Below, piece after piece: positions 26,724-39,618 of a stretch of DNA of 64,000 bases. The stretch lies in the NCBI GenBank assembly GCA_977017645.1, contig OZ360231.1, positions 372,001 through 436,000 of the forward strand, written 5' to 3'. Below the pieces are notes generated by a model, which searched no databases, was not told the DNA's origin, and was given only the letters and a program-made list of their open reading frames with translations. A program made the translations under genes and the position numbers. Within the stretch, counting starts at the first letter, position 1; each line of letters starts with the position of its first letter. The DNA comes from Torpedo marmorata (Eukaryota).

Positions 26724-26800
26724 CTCAAATCCCAAACATTGAGGCGACGATCTGTACCACTGGAAGCAAGGATTGTTTCATTATGTGGAGACCATTGGAC
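26724..26800 (-). CDS. RBBP7: RBBP7 exon 9: VQWSPHNETILASSGTDRRLNVWDL(S)
   Basis: ttgtag| acceptor and |gtgag donor, 77 nt; WD40 repeat. Confidence 0.96.
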
Positions 26801-27132
26801 CTACAAAATAAAGCAATTTCATCATCACCTTCATTGTCTTTGGCGAGTGAGGAAAGAGGACTTGTAAAGCAGTTGTTCACACCATGTATTTCAATGGAAA
26901 CTTTGGAAATATTTTGTCCTGAAAATAACAAAGTTTTAACAGTTGAACTAACAGAACTGGACTTGTAAAAAAAATAGAAACTAATAATCCTGACAATAAG
27001 TGATGAGATCTGCAGATGGACCTTCAAAACTGTAAACAAACATGTTACAATTCCCAAAAAATGTTAATGAAAAACAGTTACCGGTAAATACGATTTGAGC
27101 AAATTGACGTCATGTGGAAAGATGTGGAAAGT

Positions 27133-27244
27133 ACTTTTTGCACTACCAATTAGTGGTAACTCTGCCGTGCCCGCAGGAAAAAAGGAATTTCAGAGTTGTA
27201 CGTGATGTCAGGTATGTACTCTGACAATAAATCTGAAATCTGAA
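27133..27244 (+). mobile_element. Rex1/Babar 3' tail fragment
   Basis: Reverse-complement match to ~17555-17655; ends AATAAATCTGAAATCTGAA. Confidence 0.8.
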
Positions 27245-28479
27245 TTCTCACATCCACTAAGTTGAAATCAAGTTTCCTATGTACAGATATATTTTAAAAG
27301 TAACCCAAGGAAGAATTATTTAGCATGCCATTATTACATTACAGTGACGAGAAATTCATTATGCCAACTGTCCCAATGAAATAGATGGTGCAGGTAAAGA
27401 ATTTTGGTATAATACTAAAAGGTGCAATACATGCAATGCTATGGTCATTCATTGTTCAAAGACAACTCTTCACATTTAATAGGGTTACAAAGCCAAAACC
27501 ATGAGAACCAAGAAATTATTTCCATAATTTATTGCACTACCAACTCCTTCACAGCTAATTAGTAGAATTAAGTTTTTTTTTAAATAAAAAGCCAAGTAGC
27601 AACTAAACCTTGTGACTGATGCACACCAAATTGATACAGGTGCTATAATCTGGTGAGCCATGAGAACTCAAACTTTTACAAAATGGTCCGCATGCCAAGC
27701 TTTAAATTTTAATTTTATTTCTTGGAGAGAAGCAAAGCTACCAACCAGTTTCCTATTTCTTATTTAGTGAAGATTCTAACTAAAGGGCAGAATGATCAAA
27801 ATCATCAAGAAAATAGGCTCCAGGCGATTTCATTAGACCAGGGGTGATAAATGTCTTTTTCATCATGTTTGCAGACCTCCTTCTGAATGATATTGACTAC
27901 CATTCACATGAAAGATCTACCGTAAGTTTCTAAACAGTATTACTTTGGGAATCGCCTTCTCCCTCGACACAAGTGCTTCTGTCAGTCTTACCAGCGTAGC
28001 TTCGTGAAAGTACAAAAGCCAGTGCTGGTATGGCTTTACGCCAGCAGCAGCATCTACCCTAATTCCACTTGTGTTACATGACAATCTCTTTTGAATCCAA
28101 CAAGGTAACAAAAATTTCCAGACATCCGAGGTCTCAGATGGGAAATCTGACCATTGAGCCCACACCAGGTCAAATGTTTTTTTCAATATCAACATAAAGA
28201 AATTGCTGTCCACAGAGCAATAAATATATCTTTGTCATTTTCAAATGTATTTGTTTTGTATTGGTGTTTTCCACTTTTAAAATCCCATTCAAGTATAATA
28301 AAGACAGTGATCTCAGGGCAGACAGAATTATCTTGGAACATGAAATCTGGCTCCATACATTTACCTATCACTGAAATTAGCTTCAAAAATAATTGCAGGC
28401 AAACATGTAGGTAGGTCACACCACCCTCTTTAGCCTGCTCCAACTATTACCTCAACACATTCCCACCAACCAGTAAAAA

Positions 28480-29350
28480 CTTTTCAGGCCATTACTCATC
28501 AAGGATCTACCTGACTCTGCCTTAAAGATATTCAGAAAGTGTTTCTCTAATTCTCAATCTTTAACTGTAAAACAGTCTCCACATCAACTCGATTAAAACC
28601 TTTAGGACTTCATTTGTTCAGTCAAGTAAACCCACTTATCCAGGCTCCAACAAGTACAAGCTTCGCCTGTTCAATCTTTGTTCATTATACAATGTGCCTA
28701 TTCCAGGTATCAGTCTCTGAAATACTGCCAATGCATTAACATTCTATCTTAAACAAGATCAAGTCAAGTGTACCCAGTACTCCAGAAGTGGTCTCACCAA
28801 TATCCAATGTAGCTGAAGTAAACCCTCCCAATTTTGTATTTAATTACTATAAAAATATTAACATTCTGCTAGCTTCACTAATTACCTGCTGCATTCACAC
28901 ACTGGCCTTTTGTGAATCATGCATTTGGACAGATTTCCCCATATTGAAGAGCTCAACCATCCACGATTCCTTTCTGACCACTTGCTATTCTGCTGGCAAT
29001 TTACTTTCCCATTTATCTGAGACATCAACAAATGTAATCATAATTTCAGCGTTACCACGGAGTCATTTAAATAAACTGAAAATCTAAGACCTTGGAGTAT
29101 ACCACCAGTTACATCTTTCCACAAAGACCTGCTTATGCTGACTTTGTTAGCCTGCAAATCTTCTATTTCTAACAATGTCATCCCCGACAAAAGGAGCTTT
29201 TATTTTCTGGAACCTTAATTGCCTTTTAACGATCCACTGGATCCCACTTATCCATAGCACACGTTCTTTGAATTACTTCAAGTTGGTTAAAAACAACACC
29301 CCTTTCTTTCACTTATCCACGATTTTCCATATTGTGTTGAATTTTTCTAA
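28480..29350 (-). mobile_element. Old, highly decayed CR1-like fragments
   Basis: Remnant strings such as CCAGTACTCCAGAAGTGGTCTCACCA (reverse complement of VRPxLEY). Similar decayed pieces lie near 25380-25600, 26100-26500 and 60400-60850. Confidence 0.5.
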
Positions 29351-29739
29351 TTTATTTAATAACAACTTCTATTATTTCCCCCACGACACAGATTTATTGC
29401 TCTGCAGTTTCATGCTTGCAGCCTCCTCATTTTATGAAAAGGAGCTAGTTACTTGTTAAGGAAGTGAAATGGGTGGGAGATATTACTCTCAATTCAGAAA
29501 CTAAATGAGCTGCCTGACAAATTAGCAAACAAAAACCCATTAAGGTTAACAATGATGGGTATGAACCTGTAAAAACATACACCATGATTGAACAAAAAAG
29601 GAAGCCTTGAGCTGATTTGGTAGAATAAACCTAGGGTCAACCTGCAAGAGAAAAGTGCCCGAATTTGGAACTAAGTACAATTTGCAAGATCCACCTGATC
29701 AACTTTTCAAAATATTGAAGGAAAGCATCAAGTCCGTAC

Positions 29740-31030
29740 GGAATACCTGACGGGTACTGAAAACCTGTGCTAACCAACTGGCCAACATTTTCGTGGCTAT
29801 CTTCAACATCTCACTCCAACAGGGCGTGCTACTGACCCATTACAAACAGGCCTCAATTGTACCGGTGCCCAAGAAGAGTGCAGTAACCTGCCTAAATGAC
29901 TACTGACCAGTGGCACACACATCCACAGTGATGGTGTTTTGAGAGGCTGGTGTTAAAGCATTATCAGCTCCTGTCTGAGCAGCGACATGGATCCATTTCA
30001 ATTTGCCTACTGCAGCAACAGTCTACGGCGGATGCTATCTCACTGGCTCTCCACAAAACCCTGGAACACCTGGACAGCAAAGATGCATACATCACAGGAT
30101 GCCCTTTATTGACTACAGTTCAGTATTAAACACCATCATCCCCCCAAAACTGATCAACAAACTCCAAGACCAGGGCCTCAATACCCCACTGTGTAATTGG
30201 ATCCTGGATTTCCTTCCCTCCAGACCCCAATAAGTGCGGATTGGCAAGAACATCTCCTCCACAATCTCAATCAGCACTAGAGCACCACAGGGCTGCGTAC
30301 TTAGCCTCCTGCTCTGCTCACTTTACACCTACAATCACGTGGCTCGGTACAACAACATCATTTACAAATTTGCTGACGATATCACAATAGTGGGCTGTAT
30401 AAAGGAGCGGAGTCAGCATACAGGAGAGAGACTGAAAACTTGGCTGAATGGTGTACGAACAATAACCTCGCACTCAATGTTACCAAAACCAAGTTGGTAG
30501 ACTTTAGGAAGGGAAAACCAAGGTGTACGATCCAGTGATCATTGGGGGAATTAGAAGTGGCGAGGGCGAGCTAATTTAAATTCCTGAGAGTCACTATCTC
30601 GGAGGACCTTTCCTGGACCCAACACACGAATGTCATCGTGAAGAAAGCACGTCAGCGCCTCTTTCTCAGGAGTTTGCGGAGGTTCAGTATGACATCGGAA
30701 ACCTTGGCAAACTTCTACAGATGTGTCGTGGAAAGTGTGCTGACCGGCTCCATCACAGCCTGGTATGGGGCACCAAAAGGTACCCTGCAAAAGGTAGTGG
30801 GGACACATGGCAGTACATCACAGACAAAAATCTCCCCACCATCGAGAAAATCTATATGGAACACTGCCATCGGGGACAGCAACAATCACAAAGGATCCAC
30901 ACCACCCGGACATGCTCAGTTCTCGCTAATGCCATCAGGAAAGATGTATTGGAGCCACAAGACTCTTATCACCAGGTTCAGGAACAGTTGCTACCCCTCC
31001 ACCATCAGACTCCTAAACAATAGACAGAGA
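29740..31030 (+). mobile_element. Rex1/Babar-clade LINE, RT region, degraded
   Basis: [43 protein letters not shown] and TRFRNSCYPSTIRLLN. Confidence 0.9.
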
Positions 31031-31195
31031 CTCTTTAACCACTTTAGTTTCTATTGCCTTTTCCTGCAATTCCAAATCCAATTTTGCAACTTTCAATTCA
31101 GTCTCAGTTCTTTCCGAGAAATTAATAACTTGATCTGAAGTGAAAATATCATGTGATACATTGATATTTCTATTGTCAACTCTGCTGAGGTAAAC

Positions 31196-34100
31196 ATTTT
31201 TAAAAATATTTTATTTAAAATTTTAAATCACAAAATACATAAGGTAAAATATAAAATTATCAAAATACATGTGATACATTTTCACCCCCCCTTCCCTCCC
31301 CTCCCTAACCCTCCCACCCCTTCTGATCTACTAAGATAAAAAAGAAAGAAAAAAAGATAGAATAAGGAGAATGTCAATCTAAAAAAATACATCTATAACT
31401 AATTTTATTATGGAGGATAGGTTCGCCAGTCAGATACGATGTCCAGAGATCTTCAAATCCTTAAACCAAGAACCTTCATATATGGGCTCCATATTTTCAA
31501 AAAGAAATGATATTTATTACGTAGATTATAAGTAATTTTTTCAAGAGGTATACATGAACAAAGTTCTGCATGCCAGCTTTCTAACCCTAAATCTACGTCA
31601 GATTTCCAAGTAATAGCAATACATTTCTTAGATACAGCTAAAGCAATTCGCAAAAATTCTATTTGATACATATTTAATTTCATCTTAATACTAACTCTTT
31701 TAATATCTCCAAACAAAAATATCATAGGGTCCATTGGGAATGTAATTTTTAATACTTTATCCAAATTTTTTTAAACTTTCAACCAAAAATCATAAACTTT
31801 TGGACAGAACCATGTAGAATGTACAAAAGAACCTTCCTCTTTATTACATCTAAAACATAAGCCTGATAATGTCGCGTTAAATTTCTTTAACTTTTTAGGT
31901 GTTAAATATAATTGATGAAAAAAAATTATATTGAACTACCGTATATTTCGGCGTATGTCGAGTCTTGAAACCCTCAAAAATCTCTCAAAAAACAGGGGTC
32001 TACTTATACGCTGGATATACTTTTGAGACCTTAAAATCAGCTCAAAAACCAGTCCACGCCGATTCGGCGTATAAGTCGACCCACGAAAAACCGATTCGGC
32101 GTATAGGTCGACGCTGGAAGCACCTCCCCACCGCCGCTGCTCCCCGACACCTCCCCACCGCCGGGCGTCGCCATAACCCACCCAGACATTCTATAATTGT
32201 AGAGCCTGAGCTCCCCGCTCCTGCTCGGGAAAGACGTCGCCACACCTGCATCTTCCCGGCCAGAAGCAAAGGTTTTTTTTTTTTTTAAACTGTTTTTTAT
32301 ACTTATCGGTACGTGCTTAATTTACAGCTTTGTTACTTGGCGATTGTGGTGTTATAACAAATTTTGGGTTATTGCTGGGAGGCCCGGACAGCCTGAAAAT
32401 TGGGGGTCGACTTATACGCTGGATATACCATAAAACCATTAAAATGAGGATGAAACAAGGGGGTTGACTTATACGCCGGTCGACTTATACGCCAAAATAT
32501 ACGGTAATCTATATCTAACATTAATAATCTTCGTCATACTTAGTTTACATAATTCTTTCCAATGATCTTCATCTATTGTTACATTCAAATCTGATTCCCA
32601 TTTTAATCTTGATTTATGAATTCCTTCTTTAGGGATTTTTCTCTGAAACAGTCTGTACATTTGAGAAATAAATTTATTTACATCTCCGTTAGTAACTAAT
32701 AATTCTAATTCACTCTGTCTTGGTAAAGTCAAACTATAGCCTACTTTCCCAACTAAAAATGCTCTAATTTGATAATAAGCAAAAAGTGTATTATCCAATA
32801 TATTAAATTTATCTTTCATTTTTTGGAAAGTAAATTTACCAGCTTCAAAACAATCATTTATTTTCTTAATTTCTTTTTGAAACCAAATTTTAAATAATTG
32901 ATTATTAACAGTAAATGGAATAAGTTCATTTTGATATAGAGGCATTTTTCGAGAAATCAACCCTTTTCCTCCTATTTCCCTATCCTCTCTGTTCCATATT
33001 TCTAACAAATGTTTAAAGATAGGAGAATTCTTCCTTCTTGTTAATATTAATTTAGAATTCCATTTATAAATAACTTCTTCTTTGGAATCTTCTCCTATAG
33101 TATTTAATTCTATTCTAATCCAAGCAGAAGACTTACCGGTAGTTAAATCAAAGTTCATTAACAAATTTTAGTTGAGCTGCTTTATAATAATTTTGAAAAT
33201 TAGGAAGTTGTAAACCACCCATTTTATAATTCCAAGTTACCGGTAATTTCTCTATACCTACTCTAGCCAACTTTCCTTTCCACAAAAACTTCCTAATAAT
33301 TAAATTTAAATCTTTTAAAAAATTGAGGAATTTCATAAGGAATTGATTGAAAAAGATATTGAATTCTTGGAAAAACATTCATTTTGATACAATTTACCCT
33401 TCCCATTAAAGTTATAGGTAAATCCTTCCAACTCTCTAAATCTTTTTTAATTTTCATAAATAATGGTAAATAATTTAATTTATACAAATTAACTAATTTT
33501 GTATCAATCTTTATTCCCAAATATTTAATTCCTTCTTTTGACCATTTAAATTGTGTAATTTCTTTACATTTACTATAATCCCCTTGCGTTAATGCCATAA
33601 TTTCACTTTTATCAGAATTAATCTTATAACCAGATATTTCCCCGTATTCTCTCAATAAAGCAGTCAATTGTATTAAAGAAGTAATAAGTTTTGTCATATA
33701 TATCAATACATCATCTGCAAATAAACTAATTTTATGATCTTCTCTTCCAACTTTAATACCTGCAATCTTAACATCTTGTCTAATTAATTCTGCCAAAGGT
33801 TCTATTGCTAAAATAAACAATGCTGGTGACAAAGGACATTCTTGTCTAGTTGACCTGGTCAAAGGAAATCTTGAAGAAATTTTTCCATTTGTAACCACTT
33901 TAGCAGATGGTTCTTTATATATAGTTTTAATCCAATTAATAAATGTATTTCCATAACCAAATTTCTCCAATACCTTAAATAAAAAATTCCACTCTAATCT
34001 ATCAAAAGCCTTTTCAGCATCTAACGTTAATACTAATGCTAAATCATCCTTCTTTTTATGCACATTAATTAAACTAATTAATCTACCGGTAGCTATATTA

Positions 34101-35644
34101 TCCTTTGAATATCTATTTTTAATTAAACCAGTTTGATCTACATGGATTAAATCTGGTAGATAATTAGCCACTCTATTTGCTAAAACTTTTGCCATTATCT
34201 TATAATCCACATTTAACAATGAAATTGGTCTATATGATTCTGTTTTCAACACATCTCTAACTTTTTTTAGGTATAACTGTAATTATTGCATTTGAAAATG
34301 TATCCGGTAACGAATAAGTTTCTGTTATTTGTTTCAACACATCCATCCATATATGGAGGTATCAATAAATCTTTAAACTCCTTATAAAATTCTGATGGAA
34401 AACCATCTTCCCCTGGAGATTTACCACTCATTAAAGTAGTAAGAACCTCATTAACTTCCCTCAATGAAAAAGACGAGTCCAAAAATTCTTTACTTTGAGT
34501 ATTTAATCTAGGTAACTTAATTTGAGATAAAAATCTATTAATTTTAGAATCATCTTGATCAATCTAAGATTTATATAAATTCAAGTAATAATCTTTAAAA
34601 GAGTCATTTATTTCTCGAGGTTTATACGTTATTTTCTTAGAATTTTTTTATAGCATTTATAGTTCAAGAAGTTTGATCTTTCTTTAATTGCCAAGCCAAC
34701 ACTTTATGTGCTCTTTCTCCCAATTCATAATATCTTTGTTTAGTTCTTTCAATTAATTTTTCCATTTTATGTTTGTAACAAATATAATGCAATTTTTTTC
34801 CAACTAAATTATTCCTTTTTTCTTCTGATCTCTTTTATTGCAAATCCTTCTCCAAACATTCAATCTCCCTTTCCAAATTATCCACCTCTCGAAGATAGTC
34901 CTTCTTAATTTTTGCTGAATAACTTATTATTTGACCTCTTAAATAAGCCTTTAAAGCTTCCCAAATAATAAATTTATTATCAGTCGAATTAGAGTTTATT
35001 TGTAAAAATTCCTGAATTTCCCTTCTTATATAATCACAAAAATCCATTCTTTTTAATAAAGAAGAATTAAATCTCCACCTATATAGTTTTTTCTTTTTCT
35101 GGAATTATAAAAGACATTAATAAAGGCGAATGATCAGAAATTATTCTCGCTTTATAAGATGCTTGTGTTACTCTGTCTTGAACTTGTGAAGACAATAAAA
35201 ACAAATCTATCCTAGAATATGAATCATGTCTAAAAGAATAAAAAGAGTCATCTTTTAATCTAGGATTCCATTTTCTCCAAATATCTATTAAATTTAAGTC
35301 TTTCATCAAAGTAAGAACTCTTTTGGCAATTTTAGATTTAGCAACTGATCTTGATGTTTTATCCATTATCGGATCTAAACAACAGTTAAAAAATCCCCAC
35401 CAATTAAAATATTATCATTAGCTTCTGACAAATGCAAAAAAGAATCTTGAATAAATTGTTCATCATCCGCATTTGGTACATATATATTCATAAGTGTCCA
35501 CAATTCCGAATATATCTGACAATGTATTAAAACATATCTATCTACCACATCAATAACCACAGATTGTATTTTAAAAGGTAACTTTTTATTAACTAATATG
35601 GATACTCCTCTTGCTTTAGAATTAAATGAAGAAGCAATCACTTT
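31196..35644 (-). mobile_element. L1 copy, 5'-truncated in APE, frameshifted; 16-bp TSD
   Basis: TSD CTCTGCTGAGGTAAAC at 31180-31195 and 35645-35660. ORF2 fragments are homologous to 20595-24392. Confidence 0.95.
31939..32504. mobile_element. Non-autonomous Tc2/pogo-type DNA transposon (MITE) inserted at a TA in the L1
   Basis: TA|CCGTATATTTCGGCGTAT ... ATACGCCAAAATATACGG|TA. L1 sequence resumes exactly across it, and the ends are shared with the 55972-57813 element. Confidence 0.93.
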
Positions 35645-36466
35645 CTCTGCTGAGGTAAACTTGAAATTTTTTAATTTCTTCATTTTGCTTGTTACATTTC
35701 TGCAATGCAATATCACTTTCTTTCTGCATTGTTAATAGCTGAACATTCAATTTACATTCTTGATTGTTTTCTATAATCAACTGTTTTGTGTTATTAACCA
35801 ATAACTTGTTCTTTCAAAATATTAATCTCTTCCTCCAACCTTTTATATTTTGATAATACTGAATCTCTTTCAATAACTGTATTCATTTCTTCAGCAGTTA
35901 TTCTTTTCTTCCGCTTTCTGACTTTGCGAATTTTACTTACAATTAAATCTTTCTGTTTACTGTTTTCATGATGATCTACTATTTCCAATTCTCCTTTCAA
36001 CATTGTTTTCTGAATTCAATTGCATTAAATTATCATTCATTCTTCTTTATTCCATCAGCACAATTTTCTGTGTTCTCCAGTTTTACATCACATTGCAATA
36101 TTTCTTCATTGATTTTGTCTGCTGTAACCTCTGAACAACAAAATCTACTTTCAAATTTGTTCTTTCACTTGTTTTATTCCTGTATCTGATTTAATTACAC
36201 ATGAATAATCAATAATATTATTTGCAACATCTTCTAATACTTCTTTTTCATTCATTTCTGATGAACATAATTCCTTCAATGTTGTTTTAAATACCTTTGA
36301 TTTATTTTCACATTGATCTGTTTTCTTTTCTTCAAAAGTGATTTTTGTATTCAGTCTTTTGCTCTTCCCTTAACTCATCAACTTTCACAACCGAAATCCT
36401 GTTAATATTTATCGCTAACTGTTCCTGAGCAATATCATTATTTCTTTCCAATGGTCCATTGATTGT

Positions 36467-39400
36467 CTAACCAAGCTTGGTTCTAACAGCATAAGGTCCA
36501 TTCCTTCTACTCCGTATTACTTCTAGTGGTTCCAAAACCTTTGGCACATCTGAACCAATCAGCATTTCTATCTCAGAGTTAATTTCAGGTAAATAAAACT
36601 TCCACAGATAAGACAAATAATGGAAATCATTTTGATGAGGAATGTTTCCTTCACGCACAGGCATAGTTTTCTGAGTATATAACATTGGAAGATCACAAAA
36701 TTTTTTGTCATCCAATCCAGCAACCTCTAAGCCTGAAACAATGCTGGTTTCAACGACCTTTTCTTGTCCCATGGTTTTCAACTTAATTCTTGATCTTCTT
36801 CCTTGGATATTAAGTTTGTTCATTAGTCCTTCCGTGCAAAAAGGTGCAGTGCTGCCTGGGTCTAGAAATGCACATGTATGTACTGTTGCATCCCCTTTCT
36901 TGGTCTTGACTTGTACAGGCACTATTGAAAGTTTGCAATTAAGACCACTTGTCTGAACCGAGGTTATAACATTGTTTTCTGTTGATTCCTTTGTTTCGGT
37001 TTGCTCTTTTTCCAATTCCTTCTTTGTTTGATGGATATGCAACATTCTAGGATGTTTCAAATTGCATATGTTACAGTTAATTCGCTTCTCGCAGTTTTTA
37101 CTGATGTGCCCTTTACACAAACAGCTAAAACATATTCAAGTTTCCTTTACGAAAGCGATCTTCTCATTATGTTCCTTCTTTTCCAACCGTAAACACATTT
37201 CCAAAGCATGTCCACCTTTACAGAACAAACAACTCTTCTCATTAGGCAAAGTTTCCTTTTCCTCATTTACTTTATCTTTTTCTTTATTTATACCTGACAC
37301 ATTAGTAGCAAAAGTACTCTTTTTCAATTTCGGACAAGGCTGTGAGTTAGACCTCCTTACATCTTTGTTCCCCATTGAATTGTCTCTAGTATTTCCATAT
37401 ATTGGATCTGTTTCAATGTACACCTGTCTTTCAAGAAAATTTACCAAGTCCTTTAAGTTAGCTCTTCGACTGTAATTTTCTTGTATATCACAAGCCAAAT
37501 TTCTCCATCTATCCCACAACTTGTAAGGTAATTTTTCTAAGATGATTCGCATATTACCAGGCACTTCAATCTCACGAATATTATCGATATCTTCTATGGC
37601 ATTACAACATCCTCTTAAAAATAGAGTATATTCTTGTAGAGCCTTTACATCATTCTGTTTTATTGATGTCCATTTAAGAGCTTTATCCATATAAGCGAAA
37701 GCAATTCGATGCTTGTTGCCAAAATGTTGTTCTAATAAAGATTTAGCTCTGTCTAATCCTCTGTCTGAAGACATATGTTGACAAGTCTTTACAAGTTCTT
37801 TTGGATGTCCCTTTGTGAACATTTCCAAATAATAAAGACATTCATCATGATCTCAAGATTCAATTTATTGTCACAGCAATACGACAGTGTCATATACCAC
37901 GAAATTTCTTTTTGCCTGATCCAAGGCAGACAGATTCGCCATCGGCAGAAACTGCCTAGGCGCCTCTAACATTCCTTACAATCAGAGAAAGAGAAGCAAA
38001 AGAGAGTCCCCCCAGAGTCACCAAGTGTCTATAGATTAGCGTCCAGCGCTTCCGCAGCCACACAGAGTCCAGTCCAAACGATCGGCATCCCGAGCTCCAG
38101 ATCCGAACCTCCAACACGGTCAGGTCGCCCTCGGCACCCCCTCACATCCCGGTTCCGATACCTGGTACTCCTCCAGCCAGTTCGAGCCAACCTCCAGCAG
38201 TCCGCAGCCCATCGTGAGTCCCCCGACAGCAGTCTCCAGCAGCCCACAGCCTCCTCGCCTCGAGTCGCCAGCAGCCCGCCGCATGCACTGGTCCTTCAGC
38301 CTCAGAGCCCCTCACTGGTCCGCCGCCCTGGTCACCGTCCCGTGGGTCGTCTCCTCCGCTTCTCCTTCTCAGACGGGGGTGATCTTCCCGTCCACTGGTG
38401 CCCTGCTCCAGTCCCCTGCTTCCCCGGAGTCTGCAGCCCCTCGTGGCTTCTGCCGGTTAATAGGCGCTGCCATCTTGGGCGCAGACCCCGCGGTCGCGGG
38501 ATCTTAAATAAAACCACCGTCGGCTCCTTTAACGGGCTGTTCAAAGCCCGTGCGGAACAGACGGCAGTCGACTGGGCGACTGGACCCCGCGGGAGCGCTG
38601 TATCTCCGCTCCCACGCTCCTCGCGGGTCCGCACCAGCGGCAGCGCTGCCGCTACAGCGGCTCCGGCAGCGCGGCCATCTTCTTGGCATTTATTTTCAAT
38701 ATTGCATTTGAAAGATCTCAAATGATTGATACTGAAGTGGATCTCCATCAAAAGTTTGTATCTCTTTCTTGGGTAAAGAAGAGAGACTGTAACTGAATCA
38801 ATGATGCAGCAATTTCATTTTGTCTTCCTTTGGATGACAATACATTGTCCTGTTCACCACCTCTTGTTACAGGTAATGTATCTGAAAACCTCACTGGTGT
38901 AGTTTCTCCTATATTTCTGATGCTTGATTCAAATGACAATGAAGCTACATCATTCGACCGAACCCAAGCCACAGCTTTGTCTTCAGGTGTTACCACTGGA
39001 ACATGTGACTCGATACCAATATGCTCTTGAAGGATTTGTCCTTGTATTTGCAAGTCTTGTACCCCTGGTTCTAAAATATCTACCCTTTTGGTTGGTTCCT
39101 TTTCCTGACTCTTTTTTTAAATATGACCTTTTATTATCATACACTTTAGATAATTTACTTCGAACACCAGATACCATTGAGCCTTCTATTGCTTTCTTTT
39201 TTGCCTTGGCAATAGTAATGTTTGCTTCCAGCTCCTGCTGTTCCTTTCTCTGCCTTAGCTGCTCCTCCTTTTGTCTTAGCTGCTCCTCCTTTTCTTCTAA
39301 AATTGTTTATCCTTAAGCGTTTTTCCTTCATCCTCTTCATTTGGTGACACAATTTCAGCCATTTCCTGGCTATCTTCTTGTTCATCTAACGAAGCCGCCT

Positions 39401-39599
39401 CTTCTTCCTTTGCCAGCTTCAATCTTGCGATGAGAACCTTACTATTTCCACTTTTATCTAGTTTAATTCGCTTCAATTCTTCTTTAATATCCGCAACCTT
39501 CATGTCGTTAATACGTTGGTCCTTAACAGCAACATCAGCGGTTGCTGCGTTAGCTGCCGATACATCAGTGGCTGCTGCATCAGAAGCTGCTGCGGCCAT
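36467..39599 (-). pseudogene. BEL/Pao gag-protease remnant with an N-terminal SAP-like motif
   Basis: Fragments 39297-39599, 37136-37828 and 36467-37120 are separated by frameshifts and an insertion. Confidence 0.8.
37853..38680 (-). mobile_element. GC-rich non-autonomous retroelement (SINE-like, LINE-type tail) inserted in BEL gag
   Basis: Removing it restores gag ...ENKCQ|DHDECLYYLEMF. Its 3' end on the minus strand reads GTGACAATAAATTGAATCTTGA; its 5' end is a CpG-rich AAGATGGCCGCG. Confidence 0.75.
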
Positions 39600-39618
39600 T
39601 TTACTCGTCTTGTTTTAC

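Noticed and set aside
38029-38751. Several overlapping 70-140 aa ORFs on both strands (also at 41020-41965 and 31936-32288)
   Set aside because: GC-rich non-autonomous elements lack stop codons by composition; no recognisable domains.
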